DNA from: Fibrobacterota bacterium
GTDB taxonomy: Bacteria > Fibrobacterota > Fibrobacteria > UBA11236
Direction of reading: 5' to 3'
DNA length: 40,901 nucleotides
Assembly: GCA_043753995.1 (NCBI GenBank)
Contig: JAYUVP010000027.1
Location: forward strand, 1 to 40,901
Shown: piece by piece, positions 1-7,896 of the stretch
Position numbering within the stretch: the stretch's first letter is position 1
Layout of the letters: every line of letters starts with the position of its first letter
Translations under genes and position numbers: made by a program
Notes under the pieces: generated by a model
Told to the model about the DNA's origin: nothing
The model's database searches: none
The model's input: the letters and a program-made list of their open reading frames with translations, nothing else

Positions 1-1
1 A

Positions 2-208
2 TTTTTGACGTTTTCGCTGTCGCTGTTAGGCTTATGCATCTACTGGCTGCGCGAGCGAAAGCGCGCACACCATTGGCGGCGGCGTCTTGCTCTATCGGCG
101 ATCGGTTTCGCGGTCACCGGCAGTATTTTGGTCGTGTTGTTAGTCGAAAAATTCTCCCACACGCTGACCCTGAATGGAATAACTGCGGCCTCCCGAAGCT
201 TCCTGTAA
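2..208 (+). pseudogene. Internal fragment of an APC-superfamily (amino acid/K+) permease, broken at ~160
   Basis: Frame 2 reads FLTFSLSLLGLCIYW...W.RRLALS.IG.AVT..ILVVLLVEKFSH, resembling late TM helices of APC/KimA-like permeases. As I recall the family, EKF is followed by GGW. Here the frame runs into unrelated sequence and stops at 208. Confidence 0.55.
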
Positions 209-1198
209 ATCGCCGAAAACCAGGGCCGAGCCATTTCCTTTTTTCTGGGAAGCCGCATCTTTCGGGACAATAGAGACGGTACTTCCCTTCACCTTAGAGA
301 ATAGCCACTCGGCCAAAAGCGGATTGTGCCAAGCAATCATCCAGCCGCTGCGATGATCGCCGCCCGTCAATTCAGAGTAGAGATATTTCGCGCCTCCCCG
401 TACCGCCCGCGTTACCGAGTCCCAGGGGATATTCGAGCTCTTGGCTACCAAATCCTCACGCTTGGTACCACTGCGAATGGCACTGCTATAGGCCGTTAGG
501 CTGGGAGCCGGTAGAGCCGTTTGGCTGACAATGCGCACGACCTTAATTCCGGCGCCTTCGAGTGCGGTGGCCATGGTGCGCCCGCCCGTTCCATCATTGG
601 CTCCGTGATGATGCCATATAGGTGTTTTGGCGATGTCATTCACCGAAGCGGCATTGCCGCCCGCCGCACAGGGCACGGCGGCAGCGAAATAGCCGGGCTT
701 GCCCCGGAGCAAATTGTAGGTGCCCGCGCCTCCCATAGAGAGGCCGGTGATATAGAGGCGATTGGTATCAATCGAGAATTCCCGCTTCATGGAATCGAGA
801 ATATTCAGAATGCCTTGTCCGGCGCTCCCCACGCCGCTAGCTCCGCCCATGCCACCCCAGGTGGAGTCGGTGGGGCATTGCGGCAAAACCACGAAGTGAG
901 GAACCTTGGCTTGGACGGTATCTTCAATCCAGGGATGGGCGAGGTCTTCGTAATCCACTTGGCGACGATTGTCGGTGCCTCTTTCACCTACACCATGCAG
1001 GCAGACGACAATCGGATATTTCTTGGTCGCATCATAATTCTTGGGCTTGAACATTCGATAATGCATGTCGATGCTTTGAAGCCGGGTTTTACGGGCTTCC
1101 ATCAAATCACTTTCGCGCGTCGTTTGCTGGGCAAAAACCGTGGCCGCGAGAGCAAGCATGGAAATGCAAGTCGTCTTGTAAATCTCAAAACCATTCAT
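140..1198 (-). CDS. Secreted alpha/beta-hydrolase (COG4099-like esterase/peptidase) with short CTD-like tail
   Basis: Signal peptide (…ALAATVFA|Q); KKYPIVVCLHGVGERGTDN; PQCP; nucleophile elbow YITGLSMGG; HGAND and GDH complete a Ser-Asp-His triad; tail YSIQGQRV. Confidence 0.85.
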   Translation of the reverse strand: MNGFEIYKTTCISMLALAATVFAQQTTRESDLMEARKTRLQSIDMHYRMFKPKNYDATKKYPIVVCLHGVGERGTDNRRQVDYEDLAHPWIEDTVQAKVPHFVVLPQCPTDSTWGGMGGASGVGSAGQGILNILDSMKREFSIDTNRLYITGLSMGGAGTYNLLRGKPGYFAAAVPCAAGGNAASVNDIAKTPIWHHHGANDGTGGRTMATALEGAGIKVVRIVSQTALPAPSLTAYSSAIRSGTKREDLVAKSSNIPWDSVTRAVRGGAKYLYSELTGGDHRSGWMIAWHNPLLAEWLFSKVKGSTVSIVPKDAASQKKGNGSALVFGDLQEASGGRSYSIQGQRVGEFFD

Positions 1199-1271
1199 GG
1201 ATCAACCCCCATGGGGGTGATTTTAATGCCAGCGACTCATTGGCACAGGCCAAATGTACGCGCAATGCGAT

Positions 1272-2735
1272 TTACTGGACCACCTTATAAGCCTTTGTGC
1301 CGATGTGAAGCATATAGACGCCGTTTTTCAAGGAATTGGGAAGGCGATAGGTGCCTCCCGCCACACGAATCATTTCGATCCGTCGGCCATCTAATCCCGA
1401 AAGTGTGACATTCTCGCGTGAATCGGAAGCCAGGATCAAATGGTCACCCGTCCACCGATATGCCTTTGCCTTGGTGCCGGGATGTAGTTGGCGAGCCGCC
1501 ACGGTAGACATTTCTTTTATCCACTTCTCGACCCAATGGATGGCAAGGGTGTCCACTTCAAAGACGCCAAGTGGCGGCATTTGAGTGGGCACAGGATAAT
1601 AGGCATCCTCATTGTTGGGATTCAGGGCATTTCTTTGTTTCATCCGGAAAAGTATGGTCGATAATTCTGGATGACCGGGAAAAATGGCCATGGTTTGCAA
1701 GGCGTCACCCTTCGGCGATTTTATATAGGGCATGCTGTCATAGTGCACGGAGACGACCTTTCGCAAGTCTACCGTCCAGGTAAGAGCATTGTTGGCTGTC
1801 TTGATAAAGTCAAAGTTGAAGTCGTGCGGTGCGTGACCTAACGCCCCGATTGGAATCCCGCGAGTACCATGGCAGCCGGAGCAATTCGAGGCGATATAGG
1901 CTTTGGCACGTGTATCCAAGGATGTGGTCGTGTCCTCAATGCGCGCCCATTTGGGCATGGCCACGAGTTCCGCTTCGGTGGGTACAGCCTTATCCCAGGT
2001 GAAAATATTTTCCTGGAAAAGATTGCGAATCTGATTCAGGTTGGCGTCATGTCCGGTCTTACGATTGATTTGGGCAGCGAAAAACCCTAAAACCGTTCTC
2101 CCCTGCATTCCACTAATGTATTGGCGGTGGCAGGTATTGCATCCTCTCACCGAAGGGAAAGCCCATTTTCGAAAGGAAGGTTGTCCCTTGATTCGAAGTT
2201 TGAGGGTGGCCGTATCGCCTGCAATGCCAACCAGATTAGCCTCCGAACCATCGCGCTTCCATTTATAGCTGAAGGGATACCAATTATCGTGAGTCACTAT
2301 TTCCAAGGGTTCGGTGCTAAGCGTATCCCGTGTTTTTTTATTGACCAAGACCCGAGTTTCCCACCAAATGCGCGTGGTGGTGTCGCCGGGCACGGTGTCA
2401 TGCTTAAAAAGTTTGACAAATACGGCACCCTCGGGATATTCGAAATAATCGTTAGCGGGATCGAATTTAATTTTTGCCGTTCCAGGCTTTAACAAAATCC
2501 AGCGAGACATGTGAGCATTGTCGCTCCAAAAGGGAGTATTGACATCATAAGCAACAGCCTCATTGGTGACCGCGTGAGTACTCATGCTGCTATAAAAACC
2601 GGTTTTTGAAAACAGCTTGGGCACCTTGGCGGTGTCAGAGGGATCAAAGTGCAGCCAAGCCGAAATGGCCAAGTTGGGGCAAAAAGCGAAGCCCAAGCCG
2701 ACCCACTTCAAAAAGTGGATTTTGAAAAGTTGCAT
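1272..2735 (-). CDS. Di-heme c-type cytochrome (SO2930/TIGR03806-like) with T9SS-type CTD, paralog 1
   Basis: Start moved to ATG 2735 (MQLFKIHF…, signal peptide matching paralogs). Motifs: FSKTGFY, YDVNTPFWSDNA, YPEGAVFVKLF, ETRVL, YSYKW-like, FPSVRGCNTCH (2127-2141), RAKAYIASNCSGCH (1869-1883), PGHPELS, QMPPLG, WI. Tail LSGLDGR…LKNGVYMLHIGTKAYKVVQ. Confidence 0.85.
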   Translation of the reverse strand: MQLFKIHFLKWVGLGFAFCPNLAISAWLHFDPSDTAKVPKLFSKTGFYSSMSTHAVTNEAVAYDVNTPFWSDNAHMSRWILLKPGTAKIKFDPANDYFEYPEGAVFVKLFKHDTVPGDTTTRIWWETRVLVNKKTRDTLSTEPLEIVTHDNWYPFSYKWKRDGSEANLVGIAGDTATLKLRIKGQPSFRKWAFPSVRGCNTCHRQYISGMQGRTVLGFFAAQINRKTGHDANLNQIRNLFQENIFTWDKAVPTEAELVAMPKWARIEDTTTSLDTRAKAYIASNCSGCHGTRGIPIGALGHAPHDFNFDFIKTANNALTWTVDLRKVVSVHYDSMPYIKSPKGDALQTMAIFPGHPELSTILFRMKQRNALNPNNEDAYYPVPTQMPPLGVFEVDTLAIHWVEKWIKEMSTVAARQLHPGTKAKAYRWTGDHLILASDSRENVTLSGLDGRRIEMIRVAGGTYRLPNSLKNGVYMLHIGTKAYKVVQ

Positions 2736-3010
2736 TGGATTCAACCTATAGATTTTAGTCGCGAGCGTTATGGAATTTACCTGTAAACGAAATATTTTGC
2801 TTGCCATGAATTCGATGGGACCCTCTTGTTTGGAGTTGAAAACGGACCTGGCCAACCAAAGGTCTAAGCGAAAAAACAGCAAATTTCGCCACAGAATCAG
2901 GAAATCCCTGCGGTAAATACGGCATAAAAGGCGGAAATTTACTCGGCCCGCTTAAGAGATAGACCCTAGATTAGTAAGGGGTCCAGATACACGGTATTCA
3001 TGGGGAAAAA

Positions 3011-4717
3011 ATGAAAACAATTTCGATGGCGAGTTCCATTTTGGCTGTTTCCGCGGCCTTTTTGGAAATACAAGCCCAAACTTGCACTAAGCCAGCCACC
3101 GCGGATTGGCAAAAGGTGACTCTGGTGGATGGCAATTCACCAATGAAATTGGATCAACCGGTGAAAATGTCCATTCTTCCCGATGGTCGAGTCTTTGTCT
3201 GCGAAATGTGGTCGGGAAAAATCAAATTATTCACGCCAAATTCGGGGCTCACCGAAGTGGGTTCCATCACCGTTTACAGTGATGCCGTGGAGAATGGATT
3301 GCTTGGTATTGCGGTGGATCCAAAGTTTGCCACGAATAATTGGGTCTATGTGATGTACTCCCGCAAGTTGTCGGGAGCCAACTTTAGTGCTGGTGACGGC
3401 GGCGTTAGTCCGCATGAACATGTGCTCGCGCGCATGACTTTCGCCAATGGCAAGCTGGGAAATGCCAAGGATATCCTGACTTTTAGGCGACAGTCCAAAC
3501 GTCACGCCGCAGGCGGGCTTTCTTTCAATATTGCCACGGGGGATCTTTATATCCCCACCGGAGACGATGTCTATCCCTTGGTCGCAACCACCTATTGGGG
3601 CGGCCGCAATGAAACCAATGCCTATTTGTGTGACTTGGCCACAGCGGCAAATACCAATGACTTAAGGGGCAAAACATTGCGCATTAAGCCCCTTCCCTTT
3701 GCCGATACAGAAACTCCGGCACCGGGTGTAGGTACCACCTATAGCATACCCGAGGGTAATTTATTTCCCGCGAATACCGCCAAGACAAGGCCCGAGATTT
3801 ACACCATGGGCCATCGCAACCCCTATAAGATCAATGTCGACCCCGTGTCTGGAGTGGGACTTATCGGCGAAGTGGGGCCTGATGCTCCTGGCCCGGATGC
3901 GGCGCGTGGTCCCACCGGTTCCGATGAATTCAATTTGGTGACGGGACCGGGCAATTTTGGCTGGCCCTTCGCCATTGCCGATAATCAACCCTATATCGCC
4001 CATGATGGCGAGGCCTATACCAAGGGCACGACCTTTGACCTGAAGAATTTGAAGAACAAATCGAAATTCAATACAGGACTCGAGGACTTGCCACCGGCCA
4101 TTGGGGCCATGGCCTATTACAATGCCTTGAACTCACAAGCGGGTGCTAATAAGCCATTCGCCGGTGGATCCGAGAGTGCCATTTCTGGGCCTTATTATCG
4201 CTATGATGCCTCCAAGCCTGCGGTGCGCATGCCTGCTTTTTTTCACGGGAAGTGGATTGTCGGCGATTATGCGCGTGGAAAAGTGTGGTCTCTAGAGATG
4301 GATGCAAATAAAGGTCTCAAGCAAGTGGAGCAACTTTGGAATGTCTCCACCGTCATTGATCTTGCCATAGGACCGGAGGGTGACCTTTATGTTTTAACTC
4401 TGGGTGGCTCGAATGATGGCACCTTGTACAAAATGCAGTTCAAAGGCACCCATTATGCGGCGACCTCTTGCGAACAATATGTTTTGCCAGCAGCATCCAC
4501 CAGCATTGGTTCAGCTTTGGCGTCCTCTCCATCGAATGGCCAGCGGAAGCTAGTGAACCTGGCCTCCAGGGCCCCGATTCAAGCCCCTGCAGGTGCCGCA
4601 CAGGGCGTGTTTTATGATTTGAATGGCCAGCGTCTTTGGGAAGGCCCGGTTCAAGGGAATTACCTAAGTCTGCCTACTGGGCTAGGCAGCAGCCTTGGTT
4701 TTCTGCAATTCCGTTGA
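3011..4717 (+). CDS. PQQ-dependent sugar dehydrogenase family (GSDH beta-propeller) with T9SS-type CTD, paralog 1
   Basis: Signal peptide; ENGLLGIAVDPKF, HAAGGLSF, TGDD, NTNDLRGKTLRI, IPEGNLF, RPEIYTMGHRNP, GEVGPD, GNFGWP, GPEGDLYVL; tail FYDLNGQRLW…FLQFR. Confidence 0.85.
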   Translation: MKTISMASSILAVSAAFLEIQAQTCTKPATADWQKVTLVDGNSPMKLDQPVKMSILPDGRVFVCEMWSGKIKLFTPNSGLTEVGSITVYSDAVENGLLGIAVDPKFATNNWVYVMYSRKLSGANFSAGDGGVSPHEHVLARMTFANGKLGNAKDILTFRRQSKRHAAGGLSFNIATGDLYIPTGDDVYPLVATTYWGGRNETNAYLCDLATAANTNDLRGKTLRIKPLPFADTETPAPGVGTTYSIPEGNLFPANTAKTRPEIYTMGHRNPYKINVDPVSGVGLIGEVGPDAPGPDAARGPTGSDEFNLVTGPGNFGWPFAIADNQPYIAHDGEAYTKGTTFDLKNLKNKSKFNTGLEDLPPAIGAMAYYNALNSQAGANKPFAGGSESAISGPYYRYDASKPAVRMPAFFHGKWIVGDYARGKVWSLEMDANKGLKQVEQLWNVSTVIDLAIGPEGDLYVLTLGGSNDGTLYKMQFKGTHYAATSCEQYVLPAASTSIGSALASSPSNGQRKLVNLASRAPIQAPAGAAQGVFYDLNGQRLWEGPVQGNYLSLPTGLGSSLGFLQFR

Positions 4718-4764
4718 GCTTCGCTTGCCGAGGCGCCGGCCTTTATAAACGGCTTTTCTGACCC

Positions 4765-4807
4765 TGAAAAAACACCCACCGGCTTCAAGCCAGTGGGTGT
4801 TTTTTCA
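4765..4807. terminator. Bidirectional intrinsic terminator between convergent genes
   Basis: TGAAAAAACACCCACCGGCTT-C-AAGCCAGTGGGTGTTTTTTCA: long near-perfect inverted repeat with A-tract and T-tract on the two sides. Confidence 0.85.
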
Positions 4808-4841
4808 ACCTCATCATTTTGGGCCGGGGCCTTAGCAAACC

Positions 4842-6305
4842 TTACTTGACCACCTTATACGCTTTGTTTCCGACCCGAAGCATGTAGACGCCACTTCGAA
4901 GGGCCGAGGAGATGCGATAAGTATTTCCTGTCACGCGGACCAGTTCAACTTTTCGGCCATCTAGGCCGGTGAGGCTCACTTGGTCGCGAGCATCGGAAGC
5001 AAGAATGAGGTTATTTCCCAACCACCGAGGGGCAGAATTCTTAAAGCCAGCATGCCCATTGCGAATGCCCAAGGGCGGCATTTCCGTGATCCACTTTGTT
5101 AGCCAGCGTGTCGCCACGGTATCTACTTCATAGATGCCAGATAATTTCGGCATTTGCTCTTCCAAAGGAGTGTAGGCATTCTCATCGGTGGGGGGCAGCC
5201 TATTCCGCTGCTTCATGCGGAAAAGTATGGTGGACAATTCGGGACGGCCGGGGAAAATGGCCCTGGTTGGTAGGGTATCTCCATTCGGCAACTTGACATA
5301 GGGAATGCTGTCGTAATATTTGGAAATAACCGTTCGCAAATCAATAGTCGAAGTTAAGGCATTATTTTCGATCTTGAAAAAGTCGTAGTTGAAATCATGC
5401 GGCGCATGGCCTATCGCGTCGGTTGGAATCCCGCGAGTACCGTGGCAGCCGGAGCAATTCGCGGCTATATAGGCTTTGGCGCGGATATCCAGACTTACGG
5501 AGGTGTCTTCAATGCGCGCCCATTTGGGCATGGCTGTGAGTTCGGCTTCGGTGGGTACGGCCTTGTCCCAGGTGAGAATGTTTTTCTGAAAAAGATTGCG
5601 TATTTGATTAAGGCCGACATTACCCGCCGTGGGCCGATTGATTTGCTGTGCGAAAAAGCCCAATACCGTTCTTCCTTGGTTTGGGTAGGCGTATTGGCGG
5701 TGGCATTCATTGCACCCTCTCACCGAAGGGAATACCCATTTTCGAAAGGCAGGCTGTCCCTTTATCAGAAGATTAATGCTGGTCTCCTCCCCTTTAATTC
5801 CAACAAGATTCGCCTCGGAACCATCGCGCTTCCATTTATAGCTAAAGGGATACCATTTATCGTGGGTCACGATTTCCAAGGGGTCGGTGCCAACCGTATC
5901 CGTCGTCTTTTTATTAATCAAAACTCGAGTTTCCCACCAAATGCGGGTGGTGGTGTCGCCGGGCACCGTATCATGCTTGAATAGTTTGACAAATACGGCA
6001 CCCTCGGGATAATCGAAATAGTCCTGAGCGGGATCGAATTTGATTTTAGTCGAGGGCTTCAAAAGCACCCATCGATACTTGTGGGCATTGTCGCTCCACA
6101 AAGGTGAATTGACATCAAAGGCCACGGCTTCAGAGGTTACCGTATGCGTGCTCATGCTAGTATAAAAGCCGGTTTGGGAAAACAGCTTAGGAACCTTGGA
6201 CGTGTCGGCGGGGTCGAAATGCACCCAGGCTGAGAAGGCCATGGCAGGGACCACAGAAAGCCCCAAAAAGGCTCGTTGAATGGCTTTGAGTTTCAATATC
6301 TTCAT
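4842..6305 (-). CDS. Di-heme c-type cytochrome with T9SS-type CTD, paralog 2
   Basis: ATG 6305 lies 6 nt after GAGGTG; CNECH and CSGCH; QMPK; CTD LTGLDGRKV…LRSGVYMLRVGNKAYKVVK. Confidence 0.85.
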   Translation of the reverse strand: MKILKLKAIQRAFLGLSVVPAMAFSAWVHFDPADTSKVPKLFSQTGFYTSMSTHTVTSEAVAFDVNSPLWSDNAHKYRWVLLKPSTKIKFDPAQDYFDYPEGAVFVKLFKHDTVPGDTTTRIWWETRVLINKKTTDTVGTDPLEIVTHDKWYPFSYKWKRDGSEANLVGIKGEETSINLLIKGQPAFRKWVFPSVRGCNECHRQYAYPNQGRTVLGFFAQQINRPTAGNVGLNQIRNLFQKNILTWDKAVPTEAELTAMPKWARIEDTSVSLDIRAKAYIAANCSGCHGTRGIPTDAIGHAPHDFNYDFFKIENNALTSTIDLRTVISKYYDSIPYVKLPNGDTLPTRAIFPGRPELSTILFRMKQRNRLPPTDENAYTPLEEQMPKLSGIYEVDTVATRWLTKWITEMPPLGIRNGHAGFKNSAPRWLGNNLILASDARDQVSLTGLDGRKVELVRVTGNTYRISSALRSGVYMLRVGNKAYKVVK

Positions 6306-6356
6306 TCGCATCACCTCAGGGTTCAAATTACAAGAGTAAAAGGAATTACCGACCCT

Positions 6357-6394
6357 AAAAAAACACCCACCGGCTCAAGCCAGTGGGTGTTTTT
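6357..6394 (-). terminator. Intrinsic terminator (duplicated copy) between the two tandem cytochrome genes
   Basis: Minus strand: AAAAACACCCACTGGCTTGAGCCGGTGGGTG followed by a T7 run. Confidence 0.8.
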
Positions 6395-6424
6395 CGACCT
6401 CATGAATAGAGAGCTCTAAAGCAC

Positions 6425-7885
6425 TTACTTGACCACCTTATACGCTTTATTTCCGACCCGAAGCATATAGACGCCACTTCGAAGGGCGGAGGGAATGCGA
6501 TAAGTATTTCCTGTCACGCGGACTAGTTCGACCTTGCGGCCATCTAGGCCGGTGAGGCTAACTTGGTCGCGAGAATCGGAAGCAAGAATGAGGGTATTTC
6601 CCAACCACCGAGGCGCAGAAGATTTAAGGCCCGCATTTCCATTGCGAATGCCCAAGGGCGGCATTTCCGTGATCCACTTAGCTAACCAGCGTGTGGCCAC
6701 GGTATCTTCTTCAAAGACGCCTAGGGGTGGCATTTGAGCAGACACAGAGTAATAGGCATTCTCATCGGAAGGAGGCAGTCTACTCCTCTGTTTCATACGG
6801 AATAGAATGGTGGATAATTCTGGATGACCGGGGAAAATGGCCATGGTTAGCAAGGTGTCGCCAAGCGGTGATTTTACATAGGGCATGCTGTCATAGTGTT
6901 GCGAAGGAACCGATCGCAAGTCGACCGCAGCAACGAGCGCATTGTTGGCTGTTTTGAAAAAGTCATAGTTGAATTCATGCGGCGCATGGCCTATCGCCTC
7001 GGTTGGAATCCCGCGAGTACCGTGGCAGCCGGAGCAATTCGCGGCAATATAGGCTTTAGCCCGAAGATCCAAACTAACCGAGCTGTCCTCAATGCGCGCC
7101 CATTTGGGCATGGCTGCAAGTTCGGCTTCGGTGGGCACGGCCTTGTCCCAGGTGAGAATGTTTTTCTGAAAAAGATTGCGTATTTGATTGAGGCCGACAT
7201 TGCCCGCCGTGGGTCGATTGATTTGTTGTGCGAAAAAGCCCAATACCGTTCTTCCTTGGTTTGGGTAGGCATATTGACGGTGGCAGTCATTGCATCCTTT
7301 GACCGAGGGGAATGCCCATTTTCGAAAAGCAGGCTGTCCCTTTATCAGAAGATTGATGCTGGTCTCCTCCCCTTTAATTCCAACAAGATTCGCCTCGGAA
7401 CCATCGCGCTTCCATTTATAGCTAAAGGGATACCATTGGTCGTGGGTCACGATTTCCAAGGGTTCGGTACCAACCGTATCCGTCCTCTTTTTATTGATCA
7501 AAACTCGGGTTTCCCACCAAATGCGGGTGGTGGTGTCGCCGGGCACGGTGTCATGCTTGAAAAGTTTGACAAATACGGCACCCTCGGGATAATCGAAATA
7601 GTCCTGAGCGGGATCGAATTTGATTTTAGTCGAGGGCTTTAAAAGCACCCATCGATACTTGTGGGCATTGTCGCTCCACAAAGGTGAATTGACATCAAAG
7701 GCCACGGCTTCAGAGGTTACCGCATGCGTGCTCATGCTGGTATAAAAGCCGGTTTGGGAAAACAGTTTCGGAACCTTGGACGTGTCGGCGGGGTCGAAAT
7801 GCACCCAGGCCGAGAAGGCCATGGCAGGGACCACAGAAAGCCCCAATAAGGCTCGTTGAATGGCTTTGAGTTTCAACATCTTCAT
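6425..7885 (-). CDS. Di-heme c-type cytochrome with T9SS-type CTD, paralog 3
   Basis: ATG 7885 (alternative 7894) downstream of GAGG, which overlaps the stop of the upstream dehydrogenase; CNDCH and CSGCH; QMPP; same CTD as paralog 2. Confidence 0.85.
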   Translation of the reverse strand: MKMLKLKAIQRALLGLSVVPAMAFSAWVHFDPADTSKVPKLFSQTGFYTSMSTHAVTSEAVAFDVNSPLWSDNAHKYRWVLLKPSTKIKFDPAQDYFDYPEGAVFVKLFKHDTVPGDTTTRIWWETRVLINKKRTDTVGTEPLEIVTHDQWYPFSYKWKRDGSEANLVGIKGEETSINLLIKGQPAFRKWAFPSVKGCNDCHRQYAYPNQGRTVLGFFAQQINRPTAGNVGLNQIRNLFQKNILTWDKAVPTEAELAAMPKWARIEDSSVSLDLRAKAYIAANCSGCHGTRGIPTEAIGHAPHEFNYDFFKTANNALVAAVDLRSVPSQHYDSMPYVKSPLGDTLLTMAIFPGHPELSTILFRMKQRSRLPPSDENAYYSVSAQMPPLGVFEEDTVATRWLAKWITEMPPLGIRNGNAGLKSSAPRWLGNTLILASDSRDQVSLTGLDGRKVELVRVTGNTYRIPSALRSGVYMLRVGNKAYKVVK

Positions 7886-7896
7886 TCGAATCATCC

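Noticed and set aside
521..1408. Long antisense or alternative-frame ORFs (e.g. 521-1408, 6896-7642, 21290-22033, 25975-26649, 34949-35560)
   Set aside because: They overlap well-supported genes, have no recognisable motifs, and are typical shadows of GC-rich coding sequence.
2736..2882. Longer N-terminal extensions from the ORF track (2882, 6326, 7900, 19149, 29924, 32430, 37696, 39402)
   Set aside because: Downstream starts give proper signal peptides, RBS or promoter spacing, and agree between paralogs.
4765..6394. Twice-repeated palindrome as a CRISPR repeat or REP element
   Set aside because: Only two copies, each just 3' of a duplicated gene; explained as a duplicated terminator.
4842..7885. 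Diversity-generating retroelement (template/variable repeat) explanation for the near-identical cytochrome copies
   Set aside because: No reverse transcriptase in the window, both copies are full genes, and differences are not adenine-specific.
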